Origin: a virus
DNA: 64,000 bases
IMG/VR virus record: IMGVR_UViG_3300043425_000861
Strand: one strand, 5' to 3'
Made by a program: the position numbers and the translations under genes. How positions within the stretch are numbered: the first letter of the stretch is position 1; each line of letters opens with the position of its first letter. Positions 30,356 through 40,787 of the stretch are shown here, in pieces. Below the pieces are notes generated by a model. The model did no database searches, had not been told where the DNA came from, and worked only from the letters and a program-made list of their open reading frames with translations.

Positions 30356-31515
30356 ATTTTTTGTATTAAATCAAATAAAGAGTTTTCCTTATTAATCTTC
30401 TCAATAAACCTATCGTGACACTTTATTGACCACTTTTTACATAATTCATAGTTATAATCAAATCCCCACATAAACTCTCTTACAAATTCAACAAACATCT
30501 CAGGATTTCCTTTATGTTCCCTAAATTTTTCCATAAACGGATGTTCTTCAATATCCACCATTTTATGAATACAATCTAATGGGTAGGAATGTGTAGAAAT
30601 GAAAGGTATACCTGCAAGAATAAAACCAAGAGTTTTTTCAGTTAGATAGTGGAAAACCACCTCATAGTTTTTTCCTCCGTGACTCTCATCGAGTATGTGC
30701 ATTTTAGATTTGGGTAACCTTTTGAAAAACATATCCAAACCATTGTGTAAATTAACGATGTAATCCACGTTATCAAAATCGGTTTCCCCATTGATTTTAT
30801 TTACCTCTATATTTGGTATTAAATCGTTATTTAATTTATCCGATTGTGTAACTGTAATATCTTTAATTTCACTTAAACCTTCGGCAATAACTTTTCTGTG
30901 TTTCTTGGATGTCATTATGGAATACCCCAACTTATATTCGTGATTAAGTCTTTCAAAAATATATTTGAAATCATAGTACCACTTCAAATCATTATGACCG
31001 TTCCAATTGAAAATTGTATTAGTGAATGTATGATATACATTTGGGTATTTACTTGAAAATGAATCGTTTAGAAGAATATTATCAGTTATAATTTTATTTT
31101 TTGATAATCGATTTATATTCTCCTCGAATGATATCATATGCTCATTTGGTTCCTCATCAAACTTTGAAAATATCTTTTCCGTTTTAAAAATAAGGACCAA
31201 CCAGTTACTTTTATTTTCAATAATATCACATAATCTACCCATCACTGATGTGTCAACAAAACCATCAAACGCTCCACAATCATTAAAATCTGAATAGTTT
31301 TGGAAGTCTTGTCTTATTGAATAATAATCAATAAGATGTAAACCGTCCACATTATCGTTTATTGTTGGGTTGAATATAAGTTCAAATGTAACTCCATTGT
31401 AATTACATTTAACATTTGCAAGTTTACCTGATACATTAATTTCTTTATCAGTCGTATTATGACACAACTTATAGAATAATTGTTTCGAGTAATAATTGTG
31501 GACATATATTTTCAT
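30352..31515 (-). CDS. Hypothetical protein (possible glycan-modifying enzyme)
   Basis: 387 aa; LTEKT...I..G.PFI resembles GT10-like C-terminal motifs. Confidence 0.45.
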   Translation of the reverse strand: MKIYVHNYYSKQLFYKLCHNTTDKEINVSGKLANVKCNYNGVTFELIFNPTINDNVDGLHLIDYYSIRQDFQNYSDFNDCGAFDGFVDTSVMGRLCDIIENKSNWLVLIFKTEKIFSKFDEEPNEHMISFEENINRLSKNKIITDNILLNDSFSSKYPNVYHTFTNTIFNWNGHNDLKWYYDFKYIFERLNHEYKLGYSIMTSKKHRKVIAEGLSEIKDITVTQSDKLNNDLIPNIEVNKINGETDFDNVDYIVNLHNGLDMFFKRLPKSKMHILDESHGGKNYEVVFHYLTEKTLGFILAGIPFISTHSYPLDCIHKMVDIEEHPFMEKFREHKGNPEMFVEFVREFMWGFDYNYELCKKWSIKCHDRFIEKINKENSLFDLIQKI

Positions 31516-31826
31516 ATTAACTTACCCTTTGACCAATACCATACTCGATTATCAGAATATCTATTGAGTGATTTTGCTTCTTTTTTTTCCACGAATTTCC
31601 CGATTTGAATTAAATCCGAATGATTTCTCATATCAATACCCACATTAAATCCACCTTCGGCTTTTTCATAAACTGTGTTATTCATTGGTGGTTCATATTT
31701 CCCCTCATCATCGAGTTTCAATACTTTTACAATCTCATCCTTTTTCATTTTGCATTCGATACCCCTCGAATACACCATCTTTTCAAGGACATCTAATCTT
31801 AATTTACTATAATCAACGTCAGACAT
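31512..31826 (-). CDS. Small protein with SAP/Rho-N-like N-terminus
   Basis: DYSKL.L..L......RGI.....KDEIV..L pattern. Confidence 0.45.
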   Translation of the reverse strand: MSDVDYSKLRLDVLEKMVYSRGIECKMKKDEIVKVLKLDDEGKYEPPMNNTVYEKAEGGFNVGIDMRNHSDLIQIGKFVEKKEAKSLNRYSDNRVWYWSKGKLI

Positions 31827-31865
31827 AGGACAAATGTAAGAAATATTCTGGAATATACCAAAAAT

Positions 31866-31895
31866 AAAAAACCCTCGATTTCTCGAGGGTCTTTT
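31866..31895. terminator. Terminator after the major capsid gene
   Basis: ACCCTCGA-TTTC-TCGAGGGT flanked by A and T tracts. Confidence 0.8.
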
Positions 31896-31912
31896 ACTAT
31901 ATTAAGATACTA

Positions 31913-33634
31913 TTATCTTAAGGTATCCAAGCTAAATGATTGTAATCCTCTAACTGTGATAGTAGCGTAGTAACGGTTGTTAACCATCTTCTTCGCGTAT
32001 CTTGTCATAATACCCTTGATTGGGGTCATATTGAACGGATTATACATTGTTGGAGTTAATTGTAAAGGAACATATGGTGCGTAGATGTAACCAGCGTCTA
32101 ACAATGACTTACCTTTGTGTCCAATCAAAATTTTGTTTGCTGGGAAGTAAGGGTCACGATATACTTGGTAACGACCTGCTAATGTACCTACTTTCTCAAT
32201 ACCCATATTGTATTGGTCTTGCTCAGGATGAGCGTTTGATACGTGGAAATATTCTAAATCGTCGAATACTGCAGATACTTCTGAAGAAACAACAATCCAG
32301 TTAGCACCACCTCTCAAAGTAGACTTATGGATTTGAGCTGATAATTGGTTAATCTTAGTGATTAACGTTTGGTTCCAGTCTTTTTGAGTGTAACCTGCGA
32401 AAGCAACACCACCGTTACCATATCTCCATTCGTTGTAGTCCCACTTAGTTGTCCAAGCGGCACCTTTACGAAGGTCACGTAAGATTTCACGGTCAACTTC
32501 TGCTGCGATTTGCTCAGATAACAATGCTGTTAACTCAGCTTCTGCGTCGATGTTGTGGAATGCACTTACGTCTTGAGCTAATTCAGGAGACCAGCTAGCT
32601 CTTAATTTTCTTTCAGTTACAGAAACAGTTACTGATTCTAAATCGAAAGAAACTTCACCAATTGCATCTTCGAATTCTAAGTCAGAGTAAACTCTAAATT
32701 GTAAAGTTACGTCTGAAGCTTGGAATGTGTTAGATAATTGTGCGTTACCGAAACCTGCTGTGTCAGAGTAAGTTTGTAAATCTACATTGATGTAGATAAC
32801 ACCTTCCTCATCACAGATATCTTGGAATCTACCACCAGGGAATGCTGATGTAGCTCTAGAACCGTATTCAATAATACCTTTACCGTATTTCTGAGTTACA
32901 ATGTTGAAGTTTTTAGAAGCACCACTTACGATAACTTCAGCTCCAGCTAAGAACTCTTCAGTATCCATTACAGAACCGTTAGGTCCGATTAACTTACCTT
33001 GACCATCTTTAGTGAAACCAGAGAATTTCAATACTAAGTTAGATTGAGTAGTACCTGTTAATGCTGCACGAGCAACATCACCTACAGAACCACCTGTGAA
33101 AGCCACAACTGCAGCCGCACTTAAAGTAACAGCAGAGTATGAACCTTTAGAGTAATCGAACAAACCTTCAGAAGGAGAGTTACCATCACCAGCCTCATAG
33201 AAGCTATCGTAAAGGTTTTTAGCATCTGTGTAACCTGCAGTTGCTGCGTCGTTATTACCTGGCATTCCATAAGGTTGACGGTGGTTAACACCATCTCTTC
33301 CTTGAATTTTAGGAATGAAGTAGAATAATTTACCGATTGGTAAGTTCATAGCTTGTACAGACACGATGTCGTTAGCTAATAATTTAGAGAATACACGACG
33401 AATGATAGGGAATACCACAGTCTCGAAAGAACCAGAAGCATCAGATACTGCTGCTTCGTTGATTAAATAAGACGCTTGGTTTTCATATAATTGCGCGATG
33501 TTATCTTTTTGGTGACCTCCAAGACCTTCTAAAAAGCCTAAGTCATCCCATTTTTTGATGGTATCTTCTTTGATAACACGAAGGTGCTTAAGACCGATGT
33601 TACCAACCATACCTGATTCTAATAATGCTCCCAT
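31913..33634 (-). CDS. Major capsid protein (T4 gp23-like)
   Basis: IVSVQAM, RKLRA.WSPELAQD..AFH.IDAEAEL, YAPYVPL, P.KGIMTRYA motifs. Confidence 0.97.
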   Translation of the reverse strand: MGALLESGMVGNIGLKHLRVIKEDTIKKWDDLGFLEGLGGHQKDNIAQLYENQASYLINEAAVSDASGSFETVVFPIIRRVFSKLLANDIVSVQAMNLPIGKLFYFIPKIQGRDGVNHRQPYGMPGNNDAATAGYTDAKNLYDSFYEAGDGNSPSEGLFDYSKGSYSAVTLSAAAVVAFTGGSVGDVARAALTGTTQSNLVLKFSGFTKDGQGKLIGPNGSVMDTEEFLAGAEVIVSGASKNFNIVTQKYGKGIIEYGSRATSAFPGGRFQDICDEEGVIYINVDLQTYSDTAGFGNAQLSNTFQASDVTLQFRVYSDLEFEDAIGEVSFDLESVTVSVTERKLRASWSPELAQDVSAFHNIDAEAELTALLSEQIAAEVDREILRDLRKGAAWTTKWDYNEWRYGNGGVAFAGYTQKDWNQTLITKINQLSAQIHKSTLRGGANWIVVSSEVSAVFDDLEYFHVSNAHPEQDQYNMGIEKVGTLAGRYQVYRDPYFPANKILIGHKGKSLLDAGYIYAPYVPLQLTPTMYNPFNMTPIKGIMTRYAKKMVNNRYYATITVRGLQSFSLDTLR

Positions 33635-33663
33635 TTTAAAATTGTATTTTTTTGTTTTTTTTA

Positions 33664-34842
33664 TTATTTTATTTTACTCATTAAATCTTTCATTCTTCTG
33701 AATTGAGGGTTCTCATATGCTTTTGATTCAGATAATACCTCAGTTGAAGAAGTTTGTGGAGTTAATGAAATTTTCTCAACTACCGACTCAGTCATTGGTT
33801 TTTTAGTGTCTAACTCGGTTTTGATTGATTTGTAAAGATTTTTTGCTTCGTTTATAGAAGAAATCGAATCAAATCTTTTTAAAATATTCAATTTTTCTTG
33901 TTTTGTTGTTGAATGTTCAGTAAACAATCTTGTAGCGTAAGCTAAGTTTGCGTTGAATACTGCGACTTCGTTAAGTTTTTCCTTGAAAAGAACTAAAGCT
34001 TTCTTGTATTCAGAATTTTGTTTTTTCAATGTTTCAACTTCTTCATTTAATTCAGGTCTTCCAGCTTTGAACTTTTTACCTTGACGTGGACCTACGCCTC
34101 TTACGTCATTACCTTGAGTTCTTGCAGCTTCTGTAGCTTCAACTTTTTTAGGTTCTTCAACTCCTTCTTTGTCTAACGCAATTTCGTCTTCATCAAGAGT
34201 GACTTCGTAAACTGTACCGTCTTCGTCATCTTCTTCCCCTAATGCATTTAATTGAGCGTCGTCTTCAGGACTTGAAAAGCTTTCATCATAAGATTCTTCT
34301 TCTGAAAGTCCCATTTCAGTTCCACTATCTTCACCATCTAACTTAATGATATACTCTTGGTCATCAACACTAAGTGATAATTTATCACCTTCTTTTTTAA
34401 CTACAATACCGTCTTCTGGTTTCATAGCTTTGAAAACTTTAAGTACTTCATCATCAGACGCAGATGTCATATCGACAACGTCATCATCAGATTCGTCAGA
34501 CATTTCATCTGTTCCGAATTCATCATCTTCCATTTCACCTTCTTCATCAGCTTCAGGTTCATCGGCGATTTCATCTTCTTCATCAGATGGTTCATCGTTT
34601 ATTGAAGTTTCTTCATCTTCAGGTTCGTCACCTGTTACATCTTCTTCTTCGTCAGGTATTGGTTGCTCAGACATTTCAGCGTCTTTTACTTCCTCTTCCT
34701 CTTCTTCTACTTGTTCTCTAAGCAAATCGTTTAGTTCTTGTTTCATTGTTGAAGCAAGTATACCTTTTGCATTTTGCTTTACTGCCTCTTCAAGTGTTTG
34801 TACTTGAAGTAACGCTTGTTCTAAAATAGATTTTTGACTCAT
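33664..34842 (-). CDS. Prohead core/scaffold protein (gp22-like)
   Basis: Highly acidic with a C-terminal coiled coil; lies between the protease and capsid genes. Confidence 0.75.
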   Translation of the reverse strand: MSQKSILEQALLQVQTLEEAVKQNAKGILASTMKQELNDLLREQVEEEEEEVKDAEMSEQPIPDEEEDVTGDEPEDEETSINDEPSDEEDEIADEPEADEEGEMEDDEFGTDEMSDESDDDVVDMTSASDDEVLKVFKAMKPEDGIVVKKEGDKLSLSVDDQEYIIKLDGEDSGTEMGLSEEESYDESFSSPEDDAQLNALGEEDDEDGTVYEVTLDEDEIALDKEGVEEPKKVEATEAARTQGNDVRGVGPRQGKKFKAGRPELNEEVETLKKQNSEYKKALVLFKEKLNEVAVFNANLAYATRLFTEHSTTKQEKLNILKRFDSISSINEAKNLYKSIKTELDTKKPMTESVVEKISLTPQTSSTEVLSESKAYENPQFRRMKDLMSKIK

Positions 34843-34928
34843 CTTAATTTATTTGTTTTATTATCTTATAAATACTACGTTTTTATGAAAAATTTACTTT
34901 TTCAGTATTGGTAACCCTATAAAATTTA

Positions 34929-35612
34929 TTATTTGGATAAAAAGTTATCTAATTTTCCCATTAATGACTTCATCTTATCAAATCCTTCACCTTTTTCTTC
35001 GATTGATTCTTGATACTTGTCTCTATCCGATAATTCAGGGAAAACATATGCACCTGGTGTAGATGGAGATGATACTAAATCAAAACAAACAAGTTCAAAA
35101 TCCTCTTGTACAATGTTTTGACCTTTAATGTTTTTAAGAGACCCCACTCCACGAGAAGAAATACCCAAAGTGGCTCCGTTCATAATTAACATAGCCGCTT
35201 GGTCTCCTTTAGTGGATACAATACCCATTTTCTTCCAACCTGGTGAAGTGAATAATTTTATCTTACCCATTAACATTTTACCATCCCACCAAGTCTCAAT
35301 AATAGAGTGAGATACTCTATCTAAATCAATAAGTGAAGATGATGGGTGATTTAATTCATTTAAAGCACCACCTTTCTTAATAAGGGTTTGATATTTTTCG
35401 TTCTCTCTTTTAAGTAGAACTTCGGGATAGATTCTCCCGTTTTTGTTAGGTGTGTCGTATTTTTGTAAAACAGCATAAAGGATAAGGTCTTCTGAGAAGT
35501 CCATACCCTTCATTTCTGATATAATTTTTTTGTTGTCGTCAGGTGAAACGTGTCCTGCGTCGTATTCGATTAAGATTCCCTTACCCGTCTCGTTTGGACC
35601 TAATATCTTCAT
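34929..35612 (-). CDS. Prohead core protease (gp21-like)
   Basis: NKNGRIYP, ELNHP, VSH, LGISSRGVGS, FD.V..PSTPGAY motifs. Confidence 0.95.
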   Translation of the reverse strand: MKILGPNETGKGILIEYDAGHVSPDDNKKIISEMKGMDFSEDLILYAVLQKYDTPNKNGRIYPEVLLKRENEKYQTLIKKGGALNELNHPSSSLIDLDRVSHSIIETWWDGKMLMGKIKLFTSPGWKKMGIVSTKGDQAAMLIMNGATLGISSRGVGSLKNIKGQNIVQEDFELVCFDLVSSPSTPGAYVFPELSDRDKYQESIEEKGEGFDKMKSLMGKLDNFLSK

Positions 35613-35650
35613 TTACAGTTTTTATACTATAAATACATCGATATCCCAAC

Positions 35651-36076
35651 TTATTTCTTGTTCTTATAGAAATTAAACAGATTTTTGTCTTTTAAATTCC
35701 CATTAATAATGTTTTCCGATATAGATTTAATAGTTTTTTTAACTTCTTTATCTCTGATATCAAATTGATTTTTAACGAATAATGTAATTTCTAAATTCAT
35801 AAAGGACTTTTTTTCTAATTTGATTCCTTTAGTCCTGACATCTAAATCGACAATATTTTCTTTTTTGAAAAATTCATTTTCCAAATAATACAAGTACGTT
35901 TTTATTTCACGTCTCGTTCTTGATAGTATCAACTCGAAATTATCGGTGTCATTCTCAGGTAATAACCAAGAATTTAGTTTTATGTATACGGTTTTTAAAT
36001 TTTTAAAGTCCACAGTTCCGTAACCAATCTTTACATTTTCATAGTATCCGAGGGGTATAAATTTCCCAGTTTTCAT
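35651..36076 (-). CDS. Hypothetical protein in head module
   Basis: 141-aa ORF. Confidence 0.6.
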   Translation of the reverse strand: MKTGKFIPLGYYENVKIGYGTVDFKNLKTVYIKLNSWLLPENDTDNFELILSRTRREIKTYLYYLENEFFKKENIVDLDVRTKGIKLEKKSFMNLEITLFVKNQFDIRDKEVKKTIKSISENIINGNLKDKNLFNFYKNKK

Positions 36077-36175
36077 TAATTTTGTTCATATTATTTTAAT
36101 TTATGGTGTTAATTAAAATATAAAGAAAAATTCTTGTATTTCCAAAATATATTTATATAATACTAAAACCAAATT

Positions 36176-36367
36176 ATGTTAATAATAGAAATTAAAAATG
36201 AAAAGAGTCTTGAATCTGCTCTTAGGACCTACAAACAAAAGGTTCAAAAAACAAAACAGATACAAAAACTCAGAGAAAGAGAAGAGTTCGTAAAACCTTC
36301 AGTTAAGAAAAGAACTCAAAAGTTAAAGGCGATTTACATAGAGTCAAAAAAAAATGGTCTTAATTAA
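36176..36367 (+). CDS. rpsU: Phage-encoded ribosomal protein bS21
   Basis: I.IK..SLESALR.YK.KV......LRER..F.KPSVKKR is the bS21 signature; antisense to the head genes, with its own late motif. Confidence 0.9.
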   Translation: MLIIEIKNEKSLESALRTYKQKVQKTKQIQKLREREEFVKPSVKKRTQKLKAIYIESKKNGLN

Positions 36368-36378
36368 GACCATTTTTT
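36349..36378. terminator. Perfect 30-bp palindrome spanning two convergent stop codons (probable bidirectional terminator)
   Basis: AAAAAATGGTCTTAATTAAGACCATTTTTT. Confidence 0.7.
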
Positions 36379-37097
36379 AATTCTTTAAGTTTATAAAGAT
36401 TAAACTTATTAAAATTCATTTCGTTTACCTCTTTTTGGACTTGAGTTAATTTTGTTGTTAATTCATCATCTTTATTTTCAGATAATATAGTTCCCACTTG
36501 GGTTAAAACAGATTCTTTTAATTCGGTGATGTTTTTCTCTAAGTCTTCTTGTGACATTGAAAGAATTGTTTTCAATTCCTCCTGTTGTTCTTCATTTAAA
36601 CTATTTGTATATAAAACGTTGAAATTGTTTGCCAATACGGCGTGTAATAAACTTTCGTTAGGTACAATACCTTCCACCTTAGATTCGTTTACTTCTTTTT
36701 TGGTTGTTAAATGATTTACTAATTTTTTCTTCGCAATAACCTTCTTATCGATATTGTTTAAACTATCCTCTTCCAATAATTGGTCAAGAGTAGAATAAAT
36801 CTCATTCTCATTGATTTCTAATTCACCTAATTTTTGATTTAATGAACTACAAAATTCAACAAGACTTTTAGACTTACTTCTCAAAATTGTATTAAGTTCT
36901 TCAACATACAATTTAGCAACCTCTTTATCTTCAAAATATTTGTTTTCTATTTCTTCATAAAAAATATATAATTCTTTAAAGTCTTTATTCTCTTTTATAG
37001 TTTTTAAAATATCCTTCATTTCAGATTTATTCTGACTTGAGTAAGATTCTGTAAGTTTTTTTAAGATTTTGGTTTTTAATACCCCTATTTTGTTCAT
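36360..37097 (-). CDS. Hypothetical helical head-module protein
   Basis: 245-aa ORF directly downstream of the portal gene. Confidence 0.6.
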   Translation of the reverse strand: MNKIGVLKTKILKKLTESYSSQNKSEMKDILKTIKENKDFKELYIFYEEIENKYFEDKEVAKLYVEELNTILRSKSKSLVEFCSSLNQKLGELEINENEIYSTLDQLLEEDSLNNIDKKVIAKKKLVNHLTTKKEVNESKVEGIVPNESLLHAVLANNFNVLYTNSLNEEQQEELKTILSMSQEDLEKNITELKESVLTQVGTILSENKDDELTTKLTQVQKEVNEMNFNKFNLYKLKELKNGLN

Positions 37098-37099
37098 TT

Positions 37100-38932
37100 T
37101 TAGTCGTTTAATATATCCTTCAATTTATTCTCTATCTCATAAATATTCTGTTGTGCTTTATTAATATCAAATAAATCGTCTAATTTTTCTGAATCGTCAC
37201 CTAACATAGATAAAATCTTGTCTTTTCTCGATTCACTTAATGGTGCAGCACCTCCCGCAGGTGCTTCTGCAGGTGCACCCATATCAGTAGGTGCTCCACC
37301 CATATCCATTCCACCACCCGCAGCTGCCGCATCACCCGTCGCACCACCGGCAGCTTCTAATTTTTCTCTTTCTTCTTCAGGTATACCATATTTTGCGTCG
37401 ACGTCATCGAACACACCTGAACGTTTAATAATTTGTGCAGTTGCAGCTAACTCACCACCAATAGCTCTTTCAAGTCTTTGTTGTTGTAAATCAAGTATAA
37501 CCTCATTATCACTAAATCCAAGAATATTCTTTTTAGCCCAAGTATGTGAAACAGGTAATATACCAAGTTGTGAGTTGTCAGATGTTGCGTCTTTATATAA
37601 CGTAACCTTTTCTTTCCATTGTTCAATCTTAAGTAAATCTGATTGAGATGATGGATTTGTTAATGATAAACTAAAGTTGTGTAATTCATCTTCTAAACCT
37701 AAAAGATATAAATGAATTAATGCAATTTTATTTAATTCTTGTATTAAAGATTTTTGAATTCTATTAATTGTTCTCGCAAAACGAATATCCATCAATGCAA
37801 GGTTCTTACCATCACCAACCACTTCTTCAAATCCTAAAAATGCTTTAGGTATACGAAGAGCCGCTAACATTTTCTTTTGGATGTATTCAATATCGGCAAT
37901 CTCACCTAAATTAGCAGCACCCGGTAATGTCTCAATCGGGTTAGTTTGTGCCGGGTCACGTACAGGTATGAAATAATCTTGGTCAACAGCCATTTGATTA
38001 TATCTCATATCAACGTTACCATTCTTTTGGTCAACAACTGTATCTCTTTTGAATTTGTTTGCAACACGTTGTACATATGGTTCAATATCTTTGTCGTCCA
38101 TATTACCAACGAATACTTTGAATACACGTCTTTCAGGTGCTCTTGATGTTCTATAAATCAACATAGCATCTTCTGCAAGTAAAAGTTGTTTCCAAATTCT
38201 TCTAATCTTATCTAACATAGATGTACCATATGGTAACTTTCTATCATCACCTAAAATTCTAAAGTGAGCAATTTCCCAAGCTTGGAATTCAATGTCTTTA
38301 TTCTTCCAATTAAATCTTAATTCTCTTGTTGGTATTTTTGAATCTTTAGGTGCTGCCGCTAAGTTCTTAAGTGCTGCTCCCTCAACTCTTTCAATTTCAA
38401 TGTTTGGTAATTGTTGACAACCGATGATTCCTTTTTCAGGGTCTACTTTAAGGAATACAAAATCATCTCCGTATTTACACATACCTCTAGCCCACATTTG
38501 TAGGTTAGTATTGATGTCTAATTTTTCTTTAAATAAATCCTCAAGAATACCTTTGATTCTTTTTGATTCAGAATATATTGTTAGAATTTCACCTTTCTCA
38601 GACATTGTTGTTGATTCCTCAGCATATATGTCTAACGCTGCAGATATTTCAGGAGTAAACTCCATAGACTCATAATCATAATACGCTGACAATCTATTTG
38701 GTTCATAATAAACCGATTGATTATATAAGGACTGGTCTAATTTAGTCCATTTGTCTGCAATGTATTGTGACTGTTGTGCTTGTAATAACGCTTTTTCAAA
38801 GTCTTCTTTACTATCAGTTTTTAATATTTCTTCTCTATCTAAATTGAAAGATGGTGATACCTCTTTCCCTTTTCCTTGAAAACCGAAAACCTTAGTAAGT
38901 TTCTGAAATACCGTTAAATTATTTTCTGCCAT
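37100..38932 (-). CDS. Portal protein (T4 gp20-like)
   Basis: EDAMLIYR..RAPERRVF.V.VGNM, DYFIP.R, IETLPG..NLGEI.DIEY motifs. Confidence 0.96.
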   Translation of the reverse strand: MAENNLTVFQKLTKVFGFQGKGKEVSPSFNLDREEILKTDSKEDFEKALLQAQQSQYIADKWTKLDQSLYNQSVYYEPNRLSAYYDYESMEFTPEISAALDIYAEESTTMSEKGEILTIYSESKRIKGILEDLFKEKLDINTNLQMWARGMCKYGDDFVFLKVDPEKGIIGCQQLPNIEIERVEGAALKNLAAAPKDSKIPTRELRFNWKNKDIEFQAWEIAHFRILGDDRKLPYGTSMLDKIRRIWKQLLLAEDAMLIYRTSRAPERRVFKVFVGNMDDKDIEPYVQRVANKFKRDTVVDQKNGNVDMRYNQMAVDQDYFIPVRDPAQTNPIETLPGAANLGEIADIEYIQKKMLAALRIPKAFLGFEEVVGDGKNLALMDIRFARTINRIQKSLIQELNKIALIHLYLLGLEDELHNFSLSLTNPSSQSDLLKIEQWKEKVTLYKDATSDNSQLGILPVSHTWAKKNILGFSDNEVILDLQQQRLERAIGGELAATAQIIKRSGVFDDVDAKYGIPEEEREKLEAAGGATGDAAAAGGGMDMGGAPTDMGAPAEAPAGGAAPLSESRKDKILSMLGDDSEKLDDLFDINKAQQNIYEIENKLKDILND

Positions 38933-38987
38933 AACTATAAATACTATTTGTTAAAAATCTATCCTATTTTATTCAAAAAATAAAGGT

Positions 38988-40745
38988 TTATTTGGGTTTA
39001 CCAAATAACCAAGAGTATTCACCATAGGATTGTTTTGATGGTGTTTGAGGTTGATTATTACCATCCATCGACATTAAACCTATTGGGTCGAATGTGGTTC
39101 CATAGGAATAAAAAGACTTATTTGCTTCGTATGTTCTTTCCGATAATACCCAAGAATCTAACATTGCTTTGTTTTGTGCATCAGTTCTTTGTAGTTGGTT
39201 AAAACATATGTCGCCAGCATATAACGCCATTGACATACTCATAATAGCATCATCGTGAGCACCCTTCATATGGTCAGGTCTACCGTTCATATAAACAAAC
39301 GTATTAAGTTCATTCAATAATCTTGATGACCTCACGATAAATCCTTTTCTAAGTTGTTCTTCAAATGCTGCAACAATTTGGGTTCTTTTATTATTAAAAT
39401 TTAAACCCGGTATTTTATCCATTGCTTTTCTATTATATTCCCAAATATTTTGAGTATTAATACCATCAATGTATAAATTTTTATAATTTAATTCTTGTAA
39501 TTTTCGTGATGTGGCAACACCCATACCTCCTGTTATGTCAACAACAATGAATGCGTTGTAAAGTACACCCCATTTGTATGCGATTGCCGCTAAATCATCG
39601 GGTGGTATCTTACCAATATATTCCGCAACCTGTTCTCTATCATCAAAATCAATAATATTGATTGAAGAAAAGTCTTCACTATCACCTCTACTAACATCCA
39701 CACCCATAATGTAACGATGGTCTTGTATTGGTTCCTTCCAATGCCAAAAAGTTCCTTGCATATATTTTTCAAAAGGAACTCTAATCATATTTTTGGCTAT
39801 ATTTTCTTGAATATCACCAGGAATTACACCATCACCCGAACCTAAAAAGTCACACTCCAATTCCTGTGCGATTTTACGTCTATCGTACTTGAATTTTTTA
39901 GACATAGATTCAAACCAAGACGAAAAAGGTTTGTAACCATCCTCTTCTAATTTTTTGTAATTAGACATATCGAATTCACGAAGAACTACTTCATCATCAT
40001 TATATTGTTCTCTATTCAACATATAATGACATATGTCTTGACATTTAACCCAAACTAAGTCTTTAGTATAACGAGGGTCCTTAAACCATCTTAAATCCGT
40101 TATATGAAAATCGTTCATACCACGTAGTGATTGGTCATAAACCCCATAGTAAATTGGGTCGTAACCATTCGGTGTAGATATAAGAATAATTTTACCTCCC
40201 GTAGATAGTGATGCCATTGAAGCGGCCCAAAAGTCCTCACCTGCTTCGATATATGCAGCTTCGTCAAATACAAGTACTGTTGGTGTATAACCACGTAACG
40301 CATCTGCAGATGTTGCAACCGCTTTTACTTCGCAACCATTGTTTAATCTAAATCTACTTTCGGAGTTTTTATCGGGAGAGAACCCAACATTTAACCAATC
40401 AGGCCATTGTTCTAAAAAATTACGAACCTTGTTTGCCATTTCAATGGCGGTATCTCTCTTATTTGCAATAATAAGAACTCTTTCGGGGTTCTCGGGTTTT
40501 GCTAATTGTAGTTTTTTAGATAACCAAGCAGCGGTTACTGTTGTAACACCCGCTTGACGATATTTTTTAGTGATATTTTCATTGTAGTCTTCGTAGTCCT
40601 GAATCAATTGTAATTGGTCAGGGAACAAATCCATAGGAACATATTTCTTTTGTGTATTATCATACGTTTGTAGATATGTTCTTAAAGCATATGGTGTATC
40701 TTTAATGATTCTAGCATATTCTTTTAATTGCTCAATTTTACTCAT
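38988..40745 (-). CDS. Terminase large subunit (T4 gp17-like)
   Basis: RQAGVTT Walker A, VLVFDEAA Walker B, ISTPNG, QELECDF, GVDVSRG, HDD motifs. Confidence 0.96.
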   Translation of the reverse strand: MSKIEQLKEYARIIKDTPYALRTYLQTYDNTQKKYVPMDLFPDQLQLIQDYEDYNENITKKYRQAGVTTVTAAWLSKKLQLAKPENPERVLIIANKRDTAIEMANKVRNFLEQWPDWLNVGFSPDKNSESRFRLNNGCEVKAVATSADALRGYTPTVLVFDEAAYIEAGEDFWAASMASLSTGGKIILISTPNGYDPIYYGVYDQSLRGMNDFHITDLRWFKDPRYTKDLVWVKCQDICHYMLNREQYNDDEVVLREFDMSNYKKLEEDGYKPFSSWFESMSKKFKYDRRKIAQELECDFLGSGDGVIPGDIQENIAKNMIRVPFEKYMQGTFWHWKEPIQDHRYIMGVDVSRGDSEDFSSINIIDFDDREQVAEYIGKIPPDDLAAIAYKWGVLYNAFIVVDITGGMGVATSRKLQELNYKNLYIDGINTQNIWEYNRKAMDKIPGLNFNNKRTQIVAAFEEQLRKGFIVRSSRLLNELNTFVYMNGRPDHMKGAHDDAIMSMSMALYAGDICFNQLQRTDAQNKAMLDSWVLSERTYEANKSFYSYGTTFDPIGLMSMDGNNQPQTPSKQSYGEYSWLFGKPK

Positions 40746-40787
40746 ATATATAAATACAAAAAAAGACGGTTAAAAACCGTCTTTGTA

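Noticed and set aside
439-40745. Inteins or introns in polymerase, terminase, portal or capsid genes
   Set aside because: ORFs are continuous, of expected size, and lack intein or homing endonuclease motifs.
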